Below the pieces are notes generated by a model. The model made no database searches, was not told the DNA's origin, and saw only the letters and a list, made by a program, of their open reading frames with translations. A stretch of 64,000 bases of DNA from an uncultured Gemmatimonadales bacterium (lineage in GTDB: Bacteria; Gemmatimonadota; Gemmatimonadetes; Longimicrobiales; RSA9), in assembly GCA_963741945.1 (NCBI GenBank), contig CAVUKA010000005.1, positions 288,001-352,000 on the forward strand. The letters are read 5' to 3'. A program made the position numbers and the translations under genes. Below, piece by piece: positions 11,053 through 20,338 of the stretch (the first letter of the stretch is position 1; the number at the start of each line of letters is the position of its first letter).

Positions 11053-12069
11053 ATGGACATCTACACGTTCTGGTTCTTCACCATGGGCGTCCTCCTCACG
11101 GGCTACGCCATCCTGGATGGCTTCGACCTGGGCGTCGGGATCCTCCACCCGCTGGCGAAGACGGACGAGGAGCGGCGGGTGGTCATGAACTCCATTGGCC
11201 CGCTCTGGGACGGCAACGAGGTCTGGCTGGTGACGTTCGGCGGCGCGCTCTTCGCCGCCTTCCCCGTGGCCTACGCGGCCGCCTTCAGCGGTTTCTATCT
11301 GGCGTTCATGCTGTTGCTCTTCGCGCTCATCTTTCGCGCCGTCTCGCTCGAGTTCCGCAGCAAGCGTCAGCATACGCGCTGGCGCTCCGCTTGGGACTGG
11401 GCGTTCTTCGCCGCCAGCCTCATCGCCAGCCTCCTGTTCGGCGTCGCGGTGGGCAACGCCATTCAGGGCGTGCCCCTGGGCGCCGACCACCAGTTCGTGG
11501 GCGGCATCCTCCAGCTGCTCACCCCATACCCCCTCCTGGTCGGGATCCTGGTGGTCGCCACGTTCGCCATGCACGGCTCCATCTACCTGTACCTCAAGAC
11601 GGAAGGCGACCTGCAGCAGCGGATCCACGGGTGGATGTGGCGCACGTTCGGCTTCTTCCTCGTCGCCTACCTGCTCACCACCATCTTCACGCTGGCCATG
11701 GTGCCTCAGGCCACCACCAATTTCCGCGAGATCCCGCTGGCGTGGGTCGTGGTCGTCCTGAACGTCCTCGCCGTGGCGAACGTCCCCCGCGCGATCTACC
11801 GGGGACGCCCGTTCGCCGCATTCATCTCCTCCGTCGCCGCCATCGCCGCGCTCTCGTTCCTCTTCGGAATGGCCATTTTCCCGCACCTCCTGGTGAGCAG
11901 CATCGACCCGGCCTACAGCCTCACCATCTACAACGCCGCCAGCTCGATGAAGACGCTGCACATCATGCGCATCATCGCGTTCATCGGGATGCCGTTCGTC
12001 CTGACCTACACCGTCGTCATCTATTGGGTGTTCCGCGGCAAGGTGAAGATCGGGACGCACAGCTACTAG
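11053..12069 (+). CDS. cydB: Cytochrome bd ubiquinol oxidase subunit II
   Basis: GYAILDGFDLGVG, IGPLWDGNEVWLV, FRAVSLEFR; ATG 2 nt after the cydA stop, preceded by GGAGG. Confidence 0.97.
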   Translation: MDIYTFWFFTMGVLLTGYAILDGFDLGVGILHPLAKTDEERRVVMNSIGPLWDGNEVWLVTFGGALFAAFPVAYAAAFSGFYLAFMLLLFALIFRAVSLEFRSKRQHTRWRSAWDWAFFAASLIASLLFGVAVGNAIQGVPLGADHQFVGGILQLLTPYPLLVGILVVATFAMHGSIYLYLKTEGDLQQRIHGWMWRTFGFFLVAYLLTTIFTLAMVPQATTNFREIPLAWVVVVLNVLAVANVPRAIYRGRPFAAFISSVAAIAALSFLFGMAIFPHLLVSSIDPAYSLTIYNAASSMKTLHIMRIIAFIGMPFVLTYTVVIYWVFRGKVKIGTHSY

Positions 12070-12110
12070 GCCGGCCCGGAGAGGCTTCGCCCTCCAGGGC
12101 GTGGGGTTGC

Positions 12111-12140
12111 CGGAGATCTCTCCAGCTGGAGAGATCTCCG
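12111..12140. repeat. Perfect 30-bp palindrome CGGAGATCTCTCCAGCTGGAGAGATCTCCG
   Basis: Equals its own reverse complement; related copy GTCTCTCCACCTGGAGAGAC at 12204-12223. Confidence 0.9.
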
Positions 12141-12345
12141 CCGGTGGCCATGTGGCCGCAAGTCATTGCAGTGCAAGGGATCAGCGCAGCTGCGCGCCCG
12201 CATGTCTCTCCACCTGGAGAGACTTCGCGCGCAGGCTGCCTGAGACCCGGGGACCCGAGCGACGCCCGCGGGCGGCCCCGGGACCCCGGCGACACCCGCG
12301 GGCGCCCGGGTTTCCCGGCGGTGGCCTCGGCGTCATCTTCCGCCC

Positions 12346-12972
12346 ATGAAAGCCACTCGCCTGGTCCTCTTCGGCGTCCTCCTCTTCGCCCTGGCCACCC
12401 TCCTCGACCCCTGGGCCTTCCATCATTTCCGCATGCAGGACGTCTATTCTCAGGACTGGGGACGGTTTCTTCGCATCCAGGGCTTTCTCCCCACCTGGAT
12501 CATCGCCGCCGCCGCGCTCGCGCTCCACGACCGCACACCCGGGCGACGGCTCCACCGCTCGCGCGCCGGGCTCCTCTTCTTCGGCGCCACCCTGGGCGGC
12601 ATCGCGGCCGAGCTCCTCAAGCTGGTTTTCCGCCGCCAGCGGCCGGGCGAGCTCGGTGTCTACGTATTCCGCTCGTTCTCCGACCGCCCCCTGTACAACG
12701 GCGGCCTCGCGCTTCCCTCCAGCCACGCCCTCGTCGCGTTCGGCGCTGCCGCCGTTCTGGCCCGGATGTTCCCGCGCGCACGCTGGATCTGGTGGGGGCT
12801 CGCCTGGGGCTGCGCCCTCACCCGCGTGGCTGCGCACGCCCACTTCCTCAGCGACGTCACCGCGTCGTTCCTCATCGCCTGGCCGCTGGGTGCCTGGATC
12901 TGGCGCTGGCGGGACCGCGACCTCGAGCGGGCACCGGCGCCCGGCCCGGCGGGGCCGTCGGCGCACCCGTGA
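12346..12972 (+). CDS. PAP2-family membrane phosphatase
   Basis: K...RQRP (C1), LPSSH (C2), TRVAAHAHFLSDV (C3); hydrophobic helices. Confidence 0.88.
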   Translation: MKATRLVLFGVLLFALATLLDPWAFHHFRMQDVYSQDWGRFLRIQGFLPTWIIAAAALALHDRTPGRRLHRSRAGLLFFGATLGGIAAELLKLVFRRQRPGELGVYVFRSFSDRPLYNGGLALPSSHALVAFGAAAVLARMFPRARWIWWGLAWGCALTRVAAHAHFLSDVTASFLIAWPLGAWIWRWRDRDLERAPAPGPAGPSAHP

Positions 12973-13138
12973 GAGGACACCCGCTGTCCCATGCAGGGGA
13001 CGTGCAGCGCCCCTGACATCTTCCGCCCTTGCCGGCCATGTCGTTACAATGTAATGGTTTGAATGAAGATCGAGGCGACCGGTCCGACTCCTGCCCCTTG
13101 CGGCGGTGCCCCTGCCCCTCCTTCAATGCGTCGTGACC

Positions 13139-14158
13139 ATGAAGCGCTTGACACTGATTTTGTGCGCCGCACTCGTGGCCCCGGGATCCATGGCACTTCC
13201 GGGCAGCCTCGCCGCCCAGTCCCATGGGACCAAGCCCGTGCCGTCGCGGCCGTCCGCGCGCCCCGCGCCGTCGAGACCGTCCGCCAGCCCGGCCACGCGG
13301 CCGTCGTCCTCCAGGCCATCTGCCAGGCCGTCCTCGACACCCACGCCCCGGGTGGAGCGCACCGTGCCGACCCGGAGCGCGCCGGTGAGACAGGCGCCGA
13401 GTCGACCGCAGGCCACCCCGCAGTCGCCGCGACCGCAGCCGAGCCGGCCACCCAGCACCCTGCCGCAGTCGACCCGCAGCAGGACGACGGTTCTGCCCCG
13501 TCCGGCCGGACAGGAGCGGACCGCCCGCCCGTCCGCCATTCCGGACGGGCGCCCCGCCGAGAGGGGGACCATGCGGTCGGTGATCCCCAGCCGGCCGGAG
13601 GGGACGCGGCCCGGGCCGCCGATCGTGGAGCGGCCGGATCCGCGGGATGCGGGCCGGGGTGGCCGGGTCGTGAACACCCGCGACCGCGACAGGCGGGACT
13701 ACGATCGCAACCGGTACGACCGCGACCGGCGCGGTGCCTGGGACCGCAGTCACTACGACCCGATGTGGTACTCGAGCTGGCGGTACGACCGCGGACCGCG
13801 GTGGTACCCGGGCCATCCGGGTGTCTGGATCGAGCTGGTGTACGTGCGCAGCCCCGAACGGTGGAGCTACGGCGCGCGGGCCGTGCGCTGCTCCATCGTG
13901 GGGGACGAGCTGGAGAACGCGCACGACGAGTGGCACTGGCGGAATGACCGGTACCAGTGGGAGTGGTGGTACCCGGACGAGCACGCCCGCCTCATGCGCG
14001 CGCTCGATCTGGAATGGGCCCGCTCCGGCTGCGGACGCCGGCCGGTGTACGACATCGACTGTCGCTACCGGGGTGCGCACCACCCGCGGACCAGCGAGGC
14101 CGTGATCGTGGCGCTGGAAGTGCTCGACATCCTCATGGACGGGCACGTCCACCACTGA
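13139..14158 (+). CDS. Secreted hypothetical protein, Pro/Ser/Arg-rich N-half and Trp/Tyr/His-rich C-half
   Basis: Signal peptide MKRLTLILCAALVAPG...LAA-Q; repeated PSRP/PSARP; fills the gap between flanking genes. Confidence 0.7.
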   Translation: MKRLTLILCAALVAPGSMALPGSLAAQSHGTKPVPSRPSARPAPSRPSASPATRPSSSRPSARPSSTPTPRVERTVPTRSAPVRQAPSRPQATPQSPRPQPSRPPSTLPQSTRSRTTVLPRPAGQERTARPSAIPDGRPAERGTMRSVIPSRPEGTRPGPPIVERPDPRDAGRGGRVVNTRDRDRRDYDRNRYDRDRRGAWDRSHYDPMWYSSWRYDRGPRWYPGHPGVWIELVYVRSPERWSYGARAVRCSIVGDELENAHDEWHWRNDRYQWEWWYPDEHARLMRALDLEWARSGCGRRPVYDIDCRYRGAHHPRTSEAVIVALEVLDILMDGHVHH

Positions 14159-14233
14159 CGCGCCCCGCCGGACCCGGCGCCCCCGGTCCGGGTCCGCGGG
14201 CGCCTCGGTTCGGCGACTCCTGCCGCCGCCGCT

Positions 14234-15916
14234 TCAGCGCACGGCCGGCAGGGGTCGGCCATCCAGGTCGGCCGGCGCAGGGATCCCGGCCCATCGCGCC
14301 AGCGTGGGAGCGATGTCGACGCTGCGCACCCGTGTCGAGTCTCGACCCGGCTCGATCCCGGGACCCAGCAGGACGATGGGTACCCAGCGGTCGTAGAAGT
14401 ACGGGGTTCCATGCGTGGTCCCGGTGAACGCCTTGTCCACCCAGTATTCCGGCGCCCGCACGTCCACACCGAACGGTCCGACCAGGTCGTTCGGCCGCCG
14501 CCCGGCACGGAACGAGTTCCGGTACAGCACCCGGAACGAGTCCGAGGGCTCGCGCCCCACCAGCTCGTGCAGCGGCATCGCATCCACCACGGAGGGCAAC
14601 CGCCTCAGCGCCGCGGCTACCTGGCGCTGAGCGCGCTCCGCGTCGAGGCCGAGCCCCACGGGTGCGTTCGTGCGCGCTGCCCGCTGTGCCGCTTCCCCCG
14701 CCACCCGCACCTCGTCGCGCCGCATCTCGCTCGGGACACGGAGCGCGCCGACGCCCTCCCGCTGCCACCACTCGGGGACATCGGCCGTGCCGTGGTCCGA
14801 GGTGATCACGGCCGCCCACCGTCCGGCTCCCACGGTCCGGTCGAGGTAGTCGAAGAACACGCCCAGCGCCCGGTCGAGGCGCATCAGGTTGTCCAGCTGT
14901 TCCCGGCTGATCGGACCGTAGGCATGGCCGATGGCGTCCGTCTGCGACAGCTCGAGCGCCAGGTAATCCGTTGTGCCCCGGGCACCCAGGCCCAGCGCGG
15001 CCACCGCTCGCTCCGCCAGGGCGAGCACGGCCGAATCGGGCGCGGGCGAGCCCATCCACCAGTCGTCGTACGTCGGCCAGCTGCTCGATGGTGCTTCCAC
15101 CGCGGCCCGGTGGGGGAAGGCGGTGTGCTGGCCATCACCCTCGAACGGGAAGGTGTCAGGGCGGGTCAGCTCCGGCGCCGTCGCCGCCAGCGCGCCGCTC
15201 CACACACTGTCCGCGTACAGGCGGGGCATCACCTCGCGATTGAAGCGCTCGACCCAGTCCGGGATTCCCCCACGGTACCAGGTGGACGTGACGAACCGCC
15301 CCGTTCCGGGACCGATCCAGAAGACGTGGGCACCGTGGGAGCGCCCGCCCATGGTGATCGCCGCGCGGTCCTTCCGCGACAGCGACACCACCCTCGCCTC
15401 CGGCTTCGCCGCCATCAGCCAGTCGCCGAACGCGTCCCGGAGCATGTTGGCTGGAGACCGACCCGGAAGGTCCGTTGCGCCCACGATGTGGGACGTGGTG
15501 TCATCGACCGCATACTCCAGTCGCCATTGGCTGCCCTTCTGCTGCCACCACATGTTGCTCACGATCCCGTGGTGCGACGGCGTCGTGCCCGTCGCGATGG
15601 TGGCATGCCCCGCGGCCGTCTCCGTATGGGCATGGTCGTGCACCGCGTCGGTGTAGAGCAGCCCCTCGTCCAGCGCGCGGGCGAATCCGCCCGTGAACGC
15701 CGGCGCATAGCGGGGCAGCAGATCGCCCCGCAGCTGGTCCACCACCAGCGCCACGAGGAGCGCGGGGCGGGCGGCGGAATCGGCGGCCGGCGGAGCAATG
15801 CCGCGCGGCGCGGCACCCGGCGCGGCCGGAGTCTGGGCGCCCGCCGACGGCGCGGCAGTCAATGCGAGCGTGAGCGTCAGCAGCGCTGTCGCGGGCGCCG
15901 AGCTGGATCGGGTCAT
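14234..15916 (-). CDS. Alkaline phosphatase family protein (PafA-like)
   Basis: VVDQLRGD, TETAAGHATIATG (Thr nucleophile), SRKDRAAI, TDAIGHAYGP, TSDHG, THGTPYFYD; signal peptide. Confidence 0.9.
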   Translation of the reverse strand: MTRSSSAPATALLTLTLALTAAPSAGAQTPAAPGAAPRGIAPPAADSAARPALLVALVVDQLRGDLLPRYAPAFTGGFARALDEGLLYTDAVHDHAHTETAAGHATIATGTTPSHHGIVSNMWWQQKGSQWRLEYAVDDTTSHIVGATDLPGRSPANMLRDAFGDWLMAAKPEARVVSLSRKDRAAITMGGRSHGAHVFWIGPGTGRFVTSTWYRGGIPDWVERFNREVMPRLYADSVWSGALAATAPELTRPDTFPFEGDGQHTAFPHRAAVEAPSSSWPTYDDWWMGSPAPDSAVLALAERAVAALGLGARGTTDYLALELSQTDAIGHAYGPISREQLDNLMRLDRALGVFFDYLDRTVGAGRWAAVITSDHGTADVPEWWQREGVGALRVPSEMRRDEVRVAGEAAQRAARTNAPVGLGLDAERAQRQVAAALRRLPSVVDAMPLHELVGREPSDSFRVLYRNSFRAGRRPNDLVGPFGVDVRAPEYWVDKAFTGTTHGTPYFYDRWVPIVLLGPGIEPGRDSTRVRSVDIAPTLARWAGIPAPADLDGRPLPAVR

Positions 15917-16016
15917 GGATTTCCCCTGTCTGTCATCGCTGGAAGCCGACGGAAGATAGAGCCATCCAGACGGCCGCGGTATGGAGAGGAACCCCCCTCC
16001 GGGTTAGCTTTTCCCC

Positions 16017-16802
16017 ATGCTCGACCTGCACAACCACATCATTCCGGGCGTGGACGACGGCGCCCGCTCTCTGGACGAGGCGTACGCAGCCCTCGTCGCC
16101 ATGCGCGACGACGGCGTGACCAGCGTCCTGTGCACGCCTCACTTCGACGCGTCCTTCACTCGCCAGCGCGACGCATGCACCGCGCGGCTCGAGCAGATCG
16201 ACCAGGGGTGGGACGCGCTCGTGGCGATGGCCCGCGAGCGGCTGCCGGACCTCGAGCTGCGGCGAGGCGTCGAGCTTCGCCTCGATACGCCCAACCCGGA
16301 TCTCGACGATCCCCGCCTCCGCCTGGACGGCGGAAGCGCGGTCCTGGTCGAGTTCCACGGCTTCTTCGTGCCGCCCGGCGCCGCCGACGCGCTGCGCGAT
16401 CTCGCCACCAGCGGCTTCGTGCCACTCCTCGCCCACCCCGAGCGCTACCGCGCCATGACGCCCGCTCTCGCCCGGAGCTTTCACGACGCCGGCGCCTTCC
16501 TCCAGGTCAATGCAGGCTCCTTGAGCGGCCGCTACGGCAGCGCCGCCCGGGACGCGGCATGGCAGCTCCTGGAGCAGAGCCTGGTCTCGCTGGTGGCGAG
16601 CGACTATCACGCCCGCGGCGCCACGTACCTCCCCCAGGCCCGTGCCCGCCTGGAGCGACACCTCGGCGAGGAGGCCACGCGGCACCTGATGGAAGAGAAC
16701 CCGCGACGGCTGGTGAGCGGGGAAATGCCGCTGCTGGTCGTGGGCCGGGGGAGCGCGCGAGGGCTGCTGGGGCGGTTGATGGAGTGGCTGCCCGGCCGGT
16801 AG
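16017..16802 (+). CDS. PHP-fold tyrosine-protein phosphatase, CpsB/CapC/YwqE family
   Basis: MLDLHNHIIPGVDDGA, CTPH, LAHPERY, LQVNAGSL.G.YG, VASDYH, ENP. Confidence 0.92.
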   Translation: MLDLHNHIIPGVDDGARSLDEAYAALVAMRDDGVTSVLCTPHFDASFTRQRDACTARLEQIDQGWDALVAMARERLPDLELRRGVELRLDTPNPDLDDPRLRLDGGSAVLVEFHGFFVPPGAADALRDLATSGFVPLLAHPERYRAMTPALARSFHDAGAFLQVNAGSLSGRYGSAARDAAWQLLEQSLVSLVASDYHARGATYLPQARARLERHLGEEATRHLMEENPRRLVSGEMPLLVVGRGSARGLLGRLMEWLPGR

Positions 16803-16915
16803 CACTCCGCCGCCCCGCTGCTCACCCTCGCATCGGGCGCCGGCGGCGCCCGGCTGGCGCCATCGACGTCGCGCGGGTACAATGGGGTCTTCCCATTCCC
16901 CCGAACATAATGCCC

Positions 16916-17305
16916 ATGGACCGCGCATCCGCGAACCGCTACCGCATCCTCCTCGCCGACGATGATGACAGCGTCCGCGAGGTGCTCCGGCGCTCTCTCG
17001 CGGGCGCGGGCTTCGAAGTGGAAGCCGTCGCGGACGGGGATGCCGCCCGGGAGGCCTATCTCCGCCGCTGCCCGGACGTCCTCCTGGCCGATCTCGTGAT
17101 GCCCGGCGTCAACGGGCAGGAGCTGGCCGCGGGCTGCCGCGAGCGCTGCGGCGAGACCATCCTCGTGTTCATGAGCGGCTACACCGAGGAAGAGCTCCAG
17201 CGGCTGGAGATCCGCCAGGTGGTCTTCCTCCCCAAGCCGATCTCCCCCTTCGATCTGGTCCAGACCATCCAGCGGCTGCTGCGCGGCCGCAAACCCGCCG
17301 TCTGA
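16916..17305 (+). CDS. Single-domain response regulator
   Basis: 3' end of the 14411 ORF: ILLADDD, DVLLADLVMPGVNG, FMSGY, FLPKP. Start 16910 or 16916. Confidence 0.88.
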   Translation: MDRASANRYRILLADDDDSVREVLRRSLAGAGFEVEAVADGDAAREAYLRRCPDVLLADLVMPGVNGQELAAGCRERCGETILVFMSGYTEEELQRLEIRQVVFLPKPISPFDLVQTIQRLLRGRKPAV

Positions 17306-17398
17306 CACTCCCCGATCCACTGGTCATCACCAGAGCCGGGCATTACGTTGCTGCCTGACCGACCATCGTCGTAGCTCCTAACTCGAAGCCGCATACCC

Positions 17399-20338
17399 AT
17401 GCCACCTGCACGAGGTGCGAAGGCGCTGCTCTTCATCGTTGCCGCGCTCGTCCCCGCTGTTCTGTCCGCACAGAGCCCCACCACCGCCGCCCTCGAAGGG
17501 ACGGTGGCCGGCCCGGACGGCTCGCCGCTTTCCGACGTGGGTCTCACGCTCCGTCAGGTCGGCGCGAACACCGCGGTGCTCGGTCAAACGGGCATCGAGG
17601 GCGAGTTCGAGTTCCCGCTCCTCCCGCCGGGTCGATACGAGCTCCTGGTGGAGCAGCTCGGGTATCGGCCGGTCCTGGTGGGCCCGATCCCGCTGGGGCT
17701 CGATCATCGCGTGGGCATCGCCGTGGAGCTCAGGCCGGCCGAGGGTGTGGTGGAGGAGCCCGACCGGGTTCCCTTCATCGGCGCCGCGAGCGCGGGCTCG
17801 CGGGCGGGTCGGAGCGTCGCCTTCAGCGAATGGGAGCGGCGGGCGATCCCGTACGTGGACGGTGAAGCGGGCGAGCTGATGATGACGAGCACCGTGGGCG
17901 AGCCACCGCTGACGGTGGAAGGGCTGCCTGCGACACTGGGTGCGCTCACGATCGATGGCGTCGCGTTCCAGCCGCTCGAGCTGCCGGCACTGGCGGACCT
18001 GGGATCGATCCTCGTGCCCATCCTCGGTCTGGCCCAGGCCGAGCTGTTCGCCGGGCGACCCGATGTGGAATGGCCGAGCGCCGCGGGCGGCATACTGGCG
18101 ACGATGCTCAACACCGGCGGCGACCGTTCCTCCGGTCGGCTGGAAGGCGCCCTGGGGATGGATCCCCTGGCGATCGACGAGGTGACCTCCTCGTACACCA
18201 CGTGGCGCGGCGGAGCGAGCTTCGGGGGAGCGCTGGCCGGGGACAGCGCTCACGCCTGGTTCGGCGTTCAGGCCCTGCAGCGCGAGCAGCCGGTGTCCCG
18301 CGTCCCGGGATGGGCGGCCGACCTCCAGCTCGGGACGGGCGACGAGTTCGGATGGGTCGCAACGCCGATCAAGAAGCAGCACATCGAAGCGGCGGGGACG
18401 TTCGACTGGTCCCTCCCCCGCGGGCGCTACCTGCGCGTGAGCGCCGTTGTGGCCGACGCCCAGGATGACGTACCGGCCGTCGCCCCCGAAGGCGGTCGGA
18501 TCCCCGTCGCACGGGATGCCCGCGACATCATGACCGCCGCCACCATGCTCGCGCCGCTCTCCGATGAAGTGTCCGCGCAGTTCCATCTCGGATTCGGGAA
18601 CAGCACGCGGACGTACGAGGCGGCTGGCGGTGACACGACACCGTTCGGCGACGCGGCCGTGGTCGTCGCTTCCGTCCCGCTCCAGCTTTCCGGGAGTCAG
18701 GCGCTGCCCGCGGACCTGAAGCGGAGCGAGATCAACGGACAGGGGACCGTGTACTTTCAGTCCGGGGCCCACCGAGTGAAGCTGGGCGCCGGGTTCGCCG
18801 CCCGGTGGCACGACCGCACCGAGCTGTACGGCCGGACCGGGAGCTACCTGTTCGCGACCCCGGCCGATCTCAGGAACCGGCTCGGCGCGTTCCAGGGTAC
18901 GGCCGGTCCCGTTCCGGCCGCCACGTTCACCACGCAGGACTTCTTCGGCTACGCACAGGACACGTGGCAGCTCGCGCCGGGGTTCGATTTCACGACGGGC
19001 GCGCGCGTCGACATCGAGACGCTGCCGGCTTCCGGGCTGCTCAGGAACCGGCGCTGGTTCGAGCTGACCGGCATCGACAACACCGACATCTCCTCGGCCG
19101 CGACCACGTTCGGCGCGGTCGCCGCACTCAACTGGGACATCGAGAACCGCCACGAGTGGTTCATCCGGGGTGGCCTCACGCTCGTCGGCGGGGATGTCTC
19201 CCCGGCGCTCCTCGGCGAGGCGCTCACCTCGAACGGGCGCATATCGGCCCTCGGCGCGGTCGGGAACCTCGCGGACACCTCCCCCCGGGACCTCGGGCCC
19301 ATGCTCACCGTCCTTTCGGGGGACATCCAGCCGCCGCTCACCACGCGCGGGAGCATCGGCCTGAGTCGCGCCCTCGGCGCCTCCGCCGCCCTTCACCTCA
19401 GCGGTGTGCTGCGCCGGACGGAGAACCTGCCGCGGCGCCGCGACCTCAATCTCCTCGCCACCGCACCATACGCCGATCAGTACGACCGTCCGGTGTTCGG
19501 CAGCCTGGTGCGCCAGGGCAGCCTGCTCGCGGCCGAGCCGGGCAGCAACCGCAGGTTCTCGGAGTTCGATCGCGTCTTCGCCGTGCACACGGACGGCATC
19601 TCCACGTACTGGGGCCTCACGGCCGCCCTGGAGAAGAACGCCGGTGACCGGGTGAAGCTCACGGCTTCCTTCACGCATTCCGCAACCCGTGACGAATGGC
19701 CGGGTGCGGGCATGCTCCCCGGTGTGCAGGAGCTGCCGCCCTTCCCGGGCGTCGACGGCCTGGACGACTGGCAGGACGGGATCTCCGACCTGGACGCGCC
19801 CAATCGCGCCATGGCCGCGGTGGACGTGCGCCTCCCCGTGATCACCGGTGTTCACTTTGGCGCGCTGTACCGGATGGCTTCGGGCCTCCCGTTCACCCCC
19901 GGCTTCGGCAGCGCCGTGGACGCCAACGGCGATGGCGTGATCGGGAACGACCCCGCGTACGTCGATGACGCCCTTCCCGGAATGGACGACCTTCTCACAC
20001 GCTGGCCCTGCCTGCGCGAAAACGCCGGGCGCTTCGCCGAGCGGAACTCCTGCCGGCTCCCGACCCGCCGCTCCATCGATGCCTGGGTCACCGCCGCGCT
20101 GCCGGTCATGGAAGGCGTCCGCACCGAGCTGCGCCTGGAGGGGATCGATCTCTCACCACGAGGGCTGGGGATCTACGATACGGCGCTGTACGTCCTCGAT
20201 CCGAACGGATCGCTGACCGTCGACCCCGTGTCCGGGCGCGTCCACGTTCCGCTGGCCGTCAACTCGCACTTCCGGCAGGGTCAGCTCACCGACACGCAGC
20301 TGTCCCGGCTCCGCATTTCCCTGAGATTGTACTTCTGA
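17399..20338 (+). CDS. TonB-dependent-receptor-like (Oar-type) outer-membrane protein with N-terminal carboxypeptidase-regulatory-like domain
   Basis: Signal peptide; GTVAGPDGSPL...LPPGRYEL; GYAQDTWQL..GARVD; SGLPFTP..DANGDG..NDPAYV, RNSCRLP; C-terminal beta-signal LRISLRLYF. Confidence 0.8.
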   Translation: MPPARGAKALLFIVAALVPAVLSAQSPTTAALEGTVAGPDGSPLSDVGLTLRQVGANTAVLGQTGIEGEFEFPLLPPGRYELLVEQLGYRPVLVGPIPLGLDHRVGIAVELRPAEGVVEEPDRVPFIGAASAGSRAGRSVAFSEWERRAIPYVDGEAGELMMTSTVGEPPLTVEGLPATLGALTIDGVAFQPLELPALADLGSILVPILGLAQAELFAGRPDVEWPSAAGGILATMLNTGGDRSSGRLEGALGMDPLAIDEVTSSYTTWRGGASFGGALAGDSAHAWFGVQALQREQPVSRVPGWAADLQLGTGDEFGWVATPIKKQHIEAAGTFDWSLPRGRYLRVSAVVADAQDDVPAVAPEGGRIPVARDARDIMTAATMLAPLSDEVSAQFHLGFGNSTRTYEAAGGDTTPFGDAAVVVASVPLQLSGSQALPADLKRSEINGQGTVYFQSGAHRVKLGAGFAARWHDRTELYGRTGSYLFATPADLRNRLGAFQGTAGPVPAATFTTQDFFGYAQDTWQLAPGFDFTTGARVDIETLPASGLLRNRRWFELTGIDNTDISSAATTFGAVAALNWDIENRHEWFIRGGLTLVGGDVSPALLGEALTSNGRISALGAVGNLADTSPRDLGPMLTVLSGDIQPPLTTRGSIGLSRALGASAALHLSGVLRRTENLPRRRDLNLLATAPYADQYDRPVFGSLVRQGSLLAAEPGSNRRFSEFDRVFAVHTDGISTYWGLTAALEKNAGDRVKLTASFTHSATRDEWPGAGMLPGVQELPPFPGVDGLDDWQDGISDLDAPNRAMAAVDVRLPVITGVHFGALYRMASGLPFTPGFGSAVDANGDGVIGNDPAYVDDALPGMDDLLTRWPCLRENAGRFAERNSCRLPTRRSIDAWVTAALPVMEGVRTELRLEGIDLSPRGLGIYDTALYVLDPNGSLTVDPVSGRVHVPLAVNSHFRQGQLTDTQLSRLRISLRLYF

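Noticed and set aside
12070-12345. Possible CRISPR array
   Set aside because: Only two unequal palindromes and a degenerate tandem repeat; no regular repeat-spacer series and no cas genes.
14411-16909. 964-aa ORF as one protein
   Set aside because: Only the last ~130 aa are a receiver domain; the rest is GC-rich read-through overlapping two real genes.
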